Positions 35,405 to 43,871 of a DNA stretch of 64,000 nucleotides are shown piece after piece. The position numbers were made by a program, and so were the translations under genes. Where the stretch lies: IMG/VR virus record IMGVR_UViG_3300045988_139610; one strand, written 5' to 3'. The notes below the pieces were generated by a model. It was given only the letters and a program-made list of their open reading frames with translations, did no database searches and was not told where the DNA came from. How positions within the stretch are numbered: the first letter of the stretch is position 1; each line of letters begins with the position of its first letter. This DNA is from a virus.

Positions 35405-35973
35405 CCACGTCACCTGGACAAGTTGTCAACTTTAAAAAATTAAGAATGTACGATTAATTAATACTTAATCGCACTTTTTGGAGAAGGAATTTTTTTTCAA
35501 GAGGCAAGAAATGTTGATATTCCAACATCTAGGGGGTGGTATCATATTCGGAGGGGCTTGACAAAAATTTTATTCTGTGTAGTAGTTTACCAACTATGTG
35601 TCGTAAAAAATACCGAATTAGATTTTTAGCAATTCCTACAAGCTCCTATATTTGCAACATAGCCATATTTGCAAATCAAGAATACTAGGAAATTAATACG
35701 TTTTTGTTATACTTCATTTTGCCTAATTTAAAAGTATTAAAATTAAATGTTTCTATGTTGTGCTTATTCTCGGGAAATGGTATCATAAATATGTTATTTT
35801 ACGTTTATAAATTAGTACTTGATTTAATGGGAATTTAATAGTATATTTAATATATTGGAAATAAATGGGAAAATATGGGTTTAATCAGATATAATACACC
35901 GCCATTACGCATTAATTTACCTATATAAACCCATTAGTTTTACCGTATCAAACCATTGAAATACCAAATAAAA

Positions 35974-36010
35974 GAGTGTGTAGTACAAGCAATAGTTGTA
36001 TCACACACTC
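35974..36010. terminator. Terminator hairpin downstream of 36020-36613
   Basis: GAGTGTGT..(loop)..CACACACTC, with a T-run on the minus-strand side. Confidence 0.6.
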
Positions 36011-36019
36011 AATTTTACA

Positions 36020-36613
36020 TTATAATATACACTTGTCTAAACACTCTAAGTTACAGTTTACACACATAGTTTTAAGAATTTTATTTCTAATCTTACCCTG
36101 TAAGTCGCTTATAATAAGTAGAGAAGGAAGAGTCTGCATACCTTGTTCTATAACATATTCTTTAATGGGATTAATATCTGTGTATTTATCTATACAATCT
36201 GATAATCTACCATGCAATTGAACTTCTATTAATAAGCCTTTCTTAATTATAGTATTGTCTTTTTTATATCTAATTATAATATAACCATCTGCTATAACAT
36301 TACCTAATTGAACATTTCTATCTACGTATATTATTTCCACGCCTAGTAATAATAAATTATATACCAATTCAGTTATATACATATCATGCCTAAGTAATCT
36401 TTCATTAGGTTTATTTTCAATATAATAAATATATTCTCTATTATATATTCCACTTCTAAAGCGTTTTAATTGCTTATATTCTACTAATTTATTAGCTCTT
36501 CTATCCCAAGTGGTATTAGTTAATCCTGCAAAGAATAAATTTCTTATATGTTCTGTTCTACACATAGTAACTAGATTAATAAAGTTTAATACTTGGATAT
36601 CTCTTTCAGTCAT
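36020..36613 (-). CDS. Replication-relaxation (Replic_Relax) family protein
   Basis: The N-terminal TERDIQVLNFINLVTMCRTEHIRNLFF..RRANKLVEYKQLKRF fits the wHTH pattern of that family (recollection). Divergent from the FtsK-like gene. Confidence 0.5.
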   Translation of the reverse strand: MTERDIQVLNFINLVTMCRTEHIRNLFFAGLTNTTWDRRANKLVEYKQLKRFRSGIYNREYIYYIENKPNERLLRHDMYITELVYNLLLLGVEIIYVDRNVQLGNVIADGYIIIRYKKDNTIIKKGLLIEVQLHGRLSDCIDKYTDINPIKEYVIEQGMQTLPSLLIISDLQGKIRNKILKTMCVNCNLECLDKCIL

Positions 36614-36731
36614 ATTATCACCTCAATATAATATATGTATATATTTAAATAATGTTACTAAAATATTTTTTTAATATTTAGGAAACATTTACTACACACT
36701 TGCATATAGTTAAGTAAAAGGAGATGATAAT

Positions 36732-37850
36732 ATGAGTAATGTGATAGAACCTTTAACAAATACTATTTGGGATACAATAACATTATTATGTAAATCAGCT
36801 TTAGATGTATTTAATATTAAACATATTGATTTTACTGATTTCTTTAATAATATCAATATGAAGAATGCTTCTGGAGATATACCTAAGTTAAGAAATAAAT
36901 GGGAAGACGAAAACTATAAAATATATGAGTTTATAATACCTACAGGAATGACTATAGATGATTTTAATAATAATAAGAATAAGTTTTGTCATTTATTAAA
37001 TAAAGAAAAAGAAGATGTTAGTTTTAAAAAGAATGGATATTATATTCAATTAAGAATTAAAAAAGAAGAGATAGTATGTGCTGACTTTGATTTAGAAAAA
37101 CATAAAGCTAAAGGATACAAAATCCCTATAGGAATCAATTTAGAAGATTGTAGCATTAGATATATTGACTTTAGCGAACCTTCTAATGCACATATGTATT
37201 TAGCAGGAGCTACTAGATGTGGGAAATCTAATTGTTTGAGAGTTATTATATCTCAATTAGTAATGAAAAGAAAATGTGATGTTGTGTTAGATTTAATCAA
37301 TGAAAAGAGAGTAGATTTATTTGAATTTAGAAACTGTAAAAATGTAATTCATTATACGGAAAATAGAGATGAAGCTGAAGATATATTATTTGATGCTATA
37401 CAAGATATAGATAAAAGATATGAACTGTTTACTTATAGAAATTGCACTGATATATGGCAATATAGGAAGTTTAAAAAAATGCCTATTAGATTTATAGTGA
37501 TAGAAGAGTTATCTTCTTATATGAAGAATAAGGATTTTCATAATATGTTAGCTTTAATAGCTAGTAGAGGTGCAGGAGCAGGGGTGTTTCTAATACTAAC
37601 TACCCAATTACCTTCTAAAGATATATTACCTAATATAACTAAACAGAATATAAATATCGTTATAGGTGGTAAATGTAAAGATGAAATTAGGTCTAATATG
37701 ATAATTAACTATGGATATTTGCATTTATTAAGAGGAGCAGGGAATATGAGAGTATTTGACTATGAAGAATATGGTACAGAAATACAAACTTTCTATATTG
37801 ATAGAGAGACTGTACTTAAAATATGTGAAAAATATAGTAAAAAGAAATAA
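36732..37850 (+). CDS. FtsK/SpoIIIE-family DNA translocase-like ATPase (no TM segments)
   Basis: Walker A GATRCGKS, Walker B RFIVIEEL and LILTTQLPS (TQRP-like). Confidence 0.7.
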   Translation: MSNVIEPLTNTIWDTITLLCKSALDVFNIKHIDFTDFFNNINMKNASGDIPKLRNKWEDENYKIYEFIIPTGMTIDDFNNNKNKFCHLLNKEKEDVSFKKNGYYIQLRIKKEEIVCADFDLEKHKAKGYKIPIGINLEDCSIRYIDFSEPSNAHMYLAGATRCGKSNCLRVIISQLVMKRKCDVVLDLINEKRVDLFEFRNCKNVIHYTENRDEAEDILFDAIQDIDKRYELFTYRNCTDIWQYRKFKKMPIRFIVIEELSSYMKNKDFHNMLALIASRGAGAGVFLILTTQLPSKDILPNITKQNINIVIGGKCKDEIRSNMIINYGYLHLLRGAGNMRVFDYEEYGTEIQTFYIDRETVLKICEKYSKKK

Positions 37851-37862
37851 GGAGGGGTAATT

Positions 37863-38045
37863 ATGAAATATGAATTATACGGATATATATATGATATAGA
37901 TAATTGTTGTGAAACATTTTATAGAAAGAGAGCAAAACTTAAAAATAAAGAGGAACTCAAGGAAGAAATTGAAGAGTTAAAAGAACTATGTAATAAAAAA
38001 CCACATTATGGATGTGAATATAATATAGTCAAAAAATTATTTTAG
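37863..38045 (+). CDS. Hypothetical protein
   Basis: 60-aa ORF with SD GGAGGGG. Confidence 0.45.
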   Translation: MKYELYGYIYDIDNCCETFYRKRAKLKNKEELKEEIEELKELCNKKPHYGCEYNIVKKLF

Positions 38046-38057
38046 GAGGTTGATGGT

Positions 38058-38252
38058 ATGAGAGAAATTTGGGAAGTAGAATGGGAAATGAAATCAAGAG
38101 ATGGAAGAGAAATAGTTGGTGGAATAATCAGAGAAAACTCATTGAAAGAGTTAGAATCATTGATGGAAATTTATAAAGATAGGTCAATACGTGAGAAAAT
38201 TTTAATGAAAGCTCCTAAATTTGGTGAAATTATTAAGAAAAAATACGAATAA
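38058..38252 (+). CDS. Hypothetical protein
   Basis: 64-aa ORF with SD AGGAGGT. Confidence 0.45.
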   Translation: MREIWEVEWEMKSRDGREIVGGIIRENSLKELESLMEIYKDRSIREKILMKAPKFGEIIKKKYE

Positions 38253-38334
38253 AATGCTAAATTTTTAGCAAAAAAATGAGTAAAAATGCATAAAAAACAT
38301 TAAAAAATTAAGAAAAATTGCTTATTTTTATAAA

Positions 38335-38442
38335 AAACAAAAGAAAAAGCCCTAAAAAGGGCTGATTATTACATTTTGGAAATAAAATATAATAATTTAA
38401 TTAAAGTTATATGCGATATTTGCAATTCTTATGAGAATGTAC
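38335..38442 (-). ncRNA. Candidate small RNA (promoter plus terminator, no ORF)
   Basis: TTGACA (38472-38477, reverse complement) - N17 - TATCAT (38449-38454). About 105 nt downstream lies hairpin AGCCC-tttttA-GGGCT (38348-38363) plus a T-run. Only ATGTAA occurs inside. Confidence 0.3.
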
Positions 38443-38485
38443 TATATCATGATAACATGGAAAATATATTTTGTCAATAGATTAA

Positions 38486-39442
38486 TTAAAAAATACTTGT
38501 CTTTATAAATAAGTCAGTATAATACTTAATTTTATTATTTAACACAGCTTTAAAGTAAGGATATATATTATAATCTATTTTATCTACATTAAATTTAGAT
38601 AATGTTATATTGACTGATTCAATAAAAGACTGTTTCATATCTTCATACGTGAAATCTATTAACTCAAAATCTTTTTGAAGAGACGACATACAATTATTTG
38701 ATATTAAACTCTTATTAGGAATGTATGACAATGGTGAAATTTGTTCAGTTTGTTTCTTTTTAAAATATACTCTTTTATCTAAATCTTTCACATGAAATGT
38801 TATAGATTTTACACTTCGTCCCTTTTTATTTTCAGTATATGATAATTCAAACATTCCAGTATTATTTAATTCCTTTTTAGCTCGTTGAAGAACATTTCTT
38901 TTAAAATCAGCATACAAATTATATTTGTTGTTTAACATTAATAAATCTTTTAATTCGTCTAGTTCATATGTTATATTTTCTTTTGTATTACTCCATAATC
39001 TAAGAAGGTCATATAATCTTTGGCTATATATTGATTTTAAAGTTAAAAATATTTTCATATTAATAGGTGTATAAGCTTTGTAATTCATAAGAAGATGATA
39101 AACTTTATCAATGACAACTATTTTAAATAAATCTTCTTTTTTATTATATTCATACCCAGCTATAATACTATATTTACAGCTCCACTCACCATCTTCTCTA
39201 AAATATATTTTTTCATCTAGCATATTATCTAATACTTTTTTAATACCTGGAACTGTTTTCTGTGTTTTATTTGAAATAAGATTTTGAAATTCTTGTTTGC
39301 TTATATAGCAATATGCATTGCCAGACTTAGCCTTCTGAAGTTTATACAATATGAAAATAAATATATTATTATGCATGAGAGATATGTTATATCTAGCACT
39401 AACTATCGTATTATTTTTCATAAGTATTTGATTTTTACTCAT
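38486..39442 (-). CDS. Rep_3-family plasmid replication initiator
   Basis: The N-terminal NTIVSARYNISLMHNNIFIFILYKL fits the Rep_3 signature (N.L..ARY.LS..E..l). Iterons lie upstream. Confidence 0.65.
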   Translation of the reverse strand: MSKNQILMKNNTIVSARYNISLMHNNIFIFILYKLQKAKSGNAYCYISKQEFQNLISNKTQKTVPGIKKVLDNMLDEKIYFREDGEWSCKYSIIAGYEYNKKEDLFKIVVIDKVYHLLMNYKAYTPINMKIFLTLKSIYSQRLYDLLRLWSNTKENITYELDELKDLLMLNNKYNLYADFKRNVLQRAKKELNNTGMFELSYTENKKGRSVKSITFHVKDLDKRVYFKKKQTEQISPLSYIPNKSLISNNCMSSLQKDFELIDFTYEDMKQSFIESVNITLSKFNVDKIDYNIYPYFKAVLNNKIKYYTDLFIKTSIF

Positions 39443-39502
39443 ATTAAACCTCCTTAATTTCTCATAGTTATATTATAACCCTTAATATCTCGTATTAATA
39501 GC

Positions 39503-39647
39503 CCCTTATTTTAACATATTTAAAGTTATTATGAGTAATTAAGGAAATAAAATGCCCTTAAAAACACATATTTATAAACGAAATGATACTTAATTTAACA
39601 TATATATCCCTTAAAAACACATATTAAGACCTTTAAAACTCATATAT
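39503..39647. repeat. Iterons CCCTTAAAAACACATAT upstream of rep
   Basis: Exact copies at 39555-39571 and 39608-39624. Degenerate copies at 39503-39519 and 39630-39647. Confidence 0.6.
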
Positions 39648-39743
39648 AATATGATGGACACAAGAAATATCAATAGAAGTAGCTTTCTTAAATACTATTA
39701 AATACTAAATTAAATACTATATATATTAAAAATAATATAATTC

Positions 39744-39774
39744 ATAGGTAATTTTTCATTATTAGTTGTTAATT
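39744..39774 (+). promoter_or_regulatory. Bipartite element ATAGGTA-N16-TGTTAATT (copy D1)
   Basis: Followed by a 9-codon micro-ORF, MVSKKLNKK*. Confidence 0.5.
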
Positions 39775-39867
39775 ATATAAATATAATACATATATTTGGA
39801 GTGTTTTTGTAATGGTGTCAAAGAAACTTAATAAAAAATAAGATGGACAAACATTTTTTTGTAATTC

Positions 39868-39898
39868 ATAGGTAATTTTTTATACAGTTATGTTAATA
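39868..39898 (+). promoter_or_regulatory. Bipartite element ATAGGTA-N16-TGTTAATA (copy D2)
   Basis: Lies 36 nt upstream of ATG 39934. Confidence 0.55.
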
Positions 39899-39933
39899 CA
39901 TAAATAAGAAATAAATAAAAAGGAGTTGATATT

Positions 39934-40164
39934 ATGTGGAGATATGCTGGTAAAAATAGTGCGACATTATCAGGAGCTGTGATAACTGCATTTGTATTAT
40001 TTAAAGCTTTAAAATATTCAGTTATAGTTGGTGAAGCATTTGGAGAGGTGGCTTTCATAATAACATTAACAGGAATTATGTTTCTCCCTATGATTACATT
40101 ACTACTAATGGTAGTAATTCACGATACTATAATTAAAAAGAGAAAAGATAAAAATCATAAGTAA
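39934..40164 (+). CDS. Small membrane protein (2 predicted TM helices)
   Basis: 76 aa. Hydrophobic stretches GAVITAFVLFKAL and VAFIITLTGIMFLPMITLLLMVVI. Confidence 0.55.
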   Translation: MWRYAGKNSATLSGAVITAFVLFKALKYSVIVGEAFGEVAFIITLTGIMFLPMITLLLMVVIHDTIIKKRKDKNHK

Positions 40165-40216
40165 TTTTTAAATAACTAATGTTAATATAATAATATAAGA
40201 AAGGAGGTGGTAGACC

Positions 40217-40435
40217 ATGAATGTCTTACAAAAGATGAAAAAGATATTACTTAAGACATTCTTAAGTTTCGCTGATATTATATGCATATTGAGTGTAATA
40301 TATGTTTTGTTATATATGATATACATTATAGGTGTATCTCTTGCAACTGAAAACTTAACAGATGTTGCCATTGATTGTATTCTGCTTTTTGGAGCGTTAA
40401 TGATTTTTTATATTTTTAGTGATATGATATCATAA
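40217..40435 (+). CDS. Small membrane protein
   Basis: 72 aa with SD AAGGAGGTGG. Two hydrophobic segments. Confidence 0.55.
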   Translation: MNVLQKMKKILLKTFLSFADIICILSVIYVLLYMIYIIGVSLATENLTDVAIDCILLFGALMIFYIFSDMIS

Positions 40436-40451
40436 AAGGAGGATTAATAAT

Positions 40452-40733
40452 ATGAAGAGAAAATTTTTAGATGTTATTGAAAGTATAGTTTTAGGTGCTG
40501 TAGTATTATTAATAAGTTTTGCTGTAGGTATTACGATACCATATATAGTGTATATCTTAATATCAAGTATTCATATATCTTGGAATATAAATTTAGAACC
40601 TATATTTAGATATGTAATTTTATTTTTAATTAGTTTAGTAACTATTTATGGGGCTTATGAAATAGGTAGTGATTTATTATGGGGTTATAAAAGAAAAAGA
40701 AATAATAAAGATTTTGGAAAAGATAATGAATAG
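40452..40733 (+). CDS. Small membrane protein
   Basis: 93 aa with SD AAGGAGGA. Two or three hydrophobic segments. Confidence 0.55.
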   Translation: MKRKFLDVIESIVLGAVVLLISFAVGITIPYIVYILISSIHISWNINLEPIFRYVILFLISLVTIYGAYEIGSDLLWGYKRKRNNKDFGKDNE

Positions 40734-40793
40734 AAAATGGATTGTATAAAAAATATAAGTATTATCAAAAATAATTAATAAGGAGAGGATAAT

Positions 40794-41006
40794 ATGAAAA
40801 AATGGAACTTAGAAAGTGCCAAAAAAGATTATTGTAAAACACATCATAAAAAATATAAAAAAGAAAAAATAGATTGCATGTATTGTGAATTTGCAGAATG
40901 GACTTATGATTGTGACATATATTGTCCTATAAAAGAAAAGGTGATTATTTTCTTTACAAATATACACGCAAAAAGATGTAAGTATTATCAACGTAGAAAT
41001 AATTAA
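40794..41006 (+). CDS. Hypothetical Cys-rich protein
   Basis: 70 aa. Ends ..RNN* in the 16-mer. Confidence 0.5.
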   Translation: MKKWNLESAKKDYCKTHHKKYKKEKIDCMYCEFAEWTYDCDIYCPIKEKVIIFFTNIHAKRCKYYQRRNN

Positions 41007-41023
41007 TAAAAGGAGGTGATAAT

Positions 41024-41800
41024 ATGAAGAAAATAGATAGAACAGGTGAAATAAGTTATAACACTTTTGGTAGTAAGATAATTATAGTTAAATATAGAAA
41101 TGCAAAAGATATAGATGTATATTTTCCAGAATACGATTGGACTGCCAAAAATGTCCAATATAATAATTTTCAAATAGGTAAAATTGGATGTCCCTATGAA
41201 AGAAGAGTTTGTGATGTTGGTTATATTGGTGAGGGAGAATATGAGAGTAGAGAAAATGGCAAAAAGACAAAAGTTCATAACACTTGGAGTCATATGATAA
41301 AAAGATGTTATGATAAAAAATATAAAGAAAAACATCCTACATATGTTGATTGCAAAGTTTGTGAGGAATGGTTAAATTTTCAAAACTTTGCTAAATGGTA
41401 TTATGATAACTATTATGAGATAGAAGGACAACAAATGCAACTTGATAAGGATATTTTGGTTAAAGGAAATAAAGTTTATTCACCAGATACTTGCATATTT
41501 GTACCACAAGCAATAAATAAATTATTTGTTAAAAGTAATAGCAGTAGGGGTGAATCGGTTATAGGGACACATCATGATAAAAATGATAGATATCAAGTAA
41601 ATTGTCATATGATTAATCCTAAAACAGGAAAATCAAAAGGTAAATATTTAGGGATTTACGATACAGAACTAGAGGCATTTAAAGTATATAAATATTATAA
41701 AGAAGAGAATATTAAGGAAGTGGCAGATTATTACAAAAATTTAATTCCACAGAAACTATATCAAGTATTATATAATTATGAAGTAGAAATTGATGATTAA
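41024..41800 (+). CDS. AP2-like DNA-binding protein (paralogue of 16968-17744)
   Basis: Same length (258 aa) and collinear similarity, e.g. DVYFPEYDW, GEGEY..RENGK, DKDILVK.NK.YSP.TC. Confidence 0.45.
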   Translation: MKKIDRTGEISYNTFGSKIIIVKYRNAKDIDVYFPEYDWTAKNVQYNNFQIGKIGCPYERRVCDVGYIGEGEYESRENGKKTKVHNTWSHMIKRCYDKKYKEKHPTYVDCKVCEEWLNFQNFAKWYYDNYYEIEGQQMQLDKDILVKGNKVYSPDTCIFVPQAINKLFVKSNSSRGESVIGTHHDKNDRYQVNCHMINPKTGKSKGKYLGIYDTELEAFKVYKYYKEENIKEVADYYKNLIPQKLYQVLYNYEVEIDD

Positions 41801-41832
41801 ATAAAAATAATTAATAAAAAGGAGGAGATAAT

Positions 41833-43032
41833 ATGGAGAACCAATGTAAAATAACTGTAGTAGATGCACCATGTGGGTACGGCAAGACTTCGTTTGCAAT
41901 ACAATACATGAATAATGAGCTATTTGAAAGATTTATGTATATAACACCGTTTTTATCTGAAATAAATAGAGTAATTAAAACTTGTGACCAAAGAGAGTTT
42001 AGAAAGCCAAATGAGAAACTAGGGAAAGGAAGTAAGACAAATCACTTCTATGAACTTGTAAAAGAAGGTTATAACGTAATTTCAACACATTCTTTATTTA
42101 GAGGGTTAAGTCAAGAAGTAATAAATGATATTCGAGAAGGTGAGTATATACTCATATTAGATGAAGTATGTGATGTTGTCGAACAAATTTCAATATCCAA
42201 GAGAGATATTGAAATATTAATAAATGAAAAAATAATTGAAATAGACGAAGAAAATAAAGCCCATTGGATAGATGATACATATGAAGGTAAATTTAGTAGT
42301 ATGAAAAATCCAATTAAAAATGGCGATGTATATTTCTTTAATAATTCACTAATGTTATGGACATTTCCAATTAATATATTTACAGCTTTTAAAGAGGTTT
42401 ACATATTAACATATATGTTTAAAGGTCAAGTACAAAGATATTATTACGATTTAAATAACGTAGAATATGAATATAAATCAATAGATAAAATTGATAGCAA
42501 ATATAATTTATGTGAATATCAAGAAATCAACGGTAGTAAATATAAAGACTTAATACATATATATGAAGGTAAATTAAATTCTATAGGAGATAAGACTACT
42601 GCACTGTCTAAAAGTTGGTATGATAAATCTAGCAAGAAGGAATTGATGAAAAAATTAAAGAATAATACAGCAAACTATTTTACACATATAGTTAAAGGAA
42701 AGGGTAAATTTAATATGTGGACTTGTTTTGAGGATTATAAACAACAATGTAAAGGTAAAGGTTATACAAATGGATTTGTACCTTGTAATAGCAGAGCAAC
42801 TAATGAATATAAAGATAAAACTAATTGTGCTTATTTAATAAATAGATATTATAAACCCACAATTAATAATTTCTTTGTTGATAAAGGAGTTAAAATAGAC
42901 GAAGATATTTGGAGTTTATCTGAATTAATTCAATGGTTATTTAGAAGTGCAATAAGAGAAGAAAAAGAAATTAATTTATATATACCATCTAAGAGAATGA
43001 GAAATTTATTAATTATTTGGTTAGATAAGTAA
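41833..43032 (+). CDS. P-loop NTPase / SF2-helicase-like protein (intact paralogue)
   Basis: CGYGKT Walker A, ILILDEV Walker B and STHSLF. Confidence 0.55.
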   Translation: MENQCKITVVDAPCGYGKTSFAIQYMNNELFERFMYITPFLSEINRVIKTCDQREFRKPNEKLGKGSKTNHFYELVKEGYNVISTHSLFRGLSQEVINDIREGEYILILDEVCDVVEQISISKRDIEILINEKIIEIDEENKAHWIDDTYEGKFSSMKNPIKNGDVYFFNNSLMLWTFPINIFTAFKEVYILTYMFKGQVQRYYYDLNNVEYEYKSIDKIDSKYNLCEYQEINGSKYKDLIHIYEGKLNSIGDKTTALSKSWYDKSSKKELMKKLKNNTANYFTHIVKGKGKFNMWTCFEDYKQQCKGKGYTNGFVPCNSRATNEYKDKTNCAYLINRYYKPTINNFFVDKGVKIDEDIWSLSELIQWLFRSAIREEKEINLYIPSKRMRNLLIIWLDK

Positions 43033-43283
43033 TTTTGTTACCTCTAAGGTTGCAAAATCAAAAATCGCACTTTAAAATAACATAGTTTTATCGCAATATT
43101 TTAAAGACAAAAAATTCATTTTCTTAAAAGAATAAAAGAAGAGTAAAAATAATTAATAAAGAGATAATTCCCCTTATTGAGATAAGGGGAAGGAGGAATA
43201 ATAATTTGGTTTTTAATTATTATGACGACTAGGGGATGAAGAATTATATTTATTCAAAGTGATAATAAAAATAATTTTAACTC

Positions 43284-43314
43284 ATAGGTAATTTATATGA
43301 CGCTAATGTTAATA
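43284..43314 (+). promoter_or_regulatory. Bipartite element ATAGGTA-N16-TGTTAATA (copy E)
   Basis: CATAGGTAATTTATATGACGCTAATGTTAATATAGTAATATAAGGAGGTGG. Confidence 0.55.
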
Positions 43315-43439
43315 TAGTAATATAAGGAGGTGGTGAAAATATCTAACGAAAGCTTTTGTAAGAGTTTTTAATTGAAAATAGGATTAGTTATTCAAGAAAG
43401 AGATAGAATTGCTTAAAATTGAATTTAGGAGGTATAGAC

Positions 43440-43682
43440 ATGAAAGTATATATTGTCACAGAAATATATTTTAGTGAAGAAGGAGTTCATAGGGAAGTTA
43501 AATGTATTTGTAAAGATAAGAATACAGCTAGAGATAAAATGAAAGAATATGCAAAGAAACAACTAGAGGAACAATTTGAATATGAAGATTGGGCAATAAC
43601 AACGATAGAAGACGATAAATGTATTTTAGAGGGTTTATATGAAACACTTGTATTTAAAGTTAAAGAATGGGAGGTGATATAG
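43440..43682 (+). CDS. Hypothetical protein
   Basis: Start moved to ATG 43440 (SD AGGAGGT). Confidence 0.5.
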   Translation: MKVYIVTEIYFSEEGVHREVKCICKDKNTARDKMKEYAKKQLEEQFEYEDWAITTIEDDKCILEGLYETLVFKVKEWEVI

Positions 43683-43683
43683 A

Positions 43684-43842
43684 ATGAGTAGAGTTGTTAA
43701 TACGGACAGGGTTATAAAAATAGAAGAAAAAATTAAACAAGCAATTGAAGAAGGTAAAAATAAAGAACATATAGAAAGATTGTTCTGGAGTTTAGAACGT
43801 ATAGAGTATAAAATAGATAGAATAGATGATTATTCAAAGTAG
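43684..43842 (+). CDS. Hypothetical 52-aa protein
   Basis: MSRVVNTDRVIKIEEKIKQ... SD GGGAGGTGA. Below the ORF-track cutoff. Confidence 0.45.
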   Translation: MSRVVNTDRVIKIEEKIKQAIEEGKNKEHIERLFWSLERIEYKIDRIDDYSK

Positions 43843-43871
43843 AAAATAATTAATAAAAAGGAGGAAATGTT

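Larger units (their letters stand above)
33600..36019. other. ORF-free origin/partition-like region with several repeat families
   Basis: No ORF of 60 aa or more except an antisense artefact. Contains DnaA boxes, GTTGATAT(T/A)ACTAG iterons, CGAATACTTTA and TGATAGTAGAAAA.AGGGTCAC repeats and many ATAGGTA heptamers. Gene orientation switches here. Confidence 0.65.

Noticed and set aside
33600-36019. Searched the ORF-free region and other G+C-richer pockets for tRNA, tmRNA or rRNA, and for telomere or protelomerase signatures of linear phage-plasmids
   Set aside because: I saw no cloverleaf-compatible sequence (no GTTCGAATC-type T-arm), no rRNA-like stretches, no large terminal-type palindrome and no protelomerase-like ORF.
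35976-36221. 81-aa plus-strand ORF at the right edge of the origin region
   Set aside because: It overlaps the 3' half of the minus-strand Replic_Relax-like gene and starts inside the terminator hairpin. It has no SD.
40168-40371. 67-aa minus-strand ORF
   Set aside because: It competes with plus-strand ORF 40217-40435, which has a perfect AAGGAGGTGG SD and fits the operon. The minus ORF has neither.
43016-43028. Single reverse-orientation copy of the 13-mer (TTATTAATTATTT) on the right arm
   Set aside because: It lies inside the NTPase CDS (codons ..RNLLIIWL..) rather than at a gene boundary, so it is most simply a chance or coding occurrence. It is noted because it is the only exception to the orientation rule.
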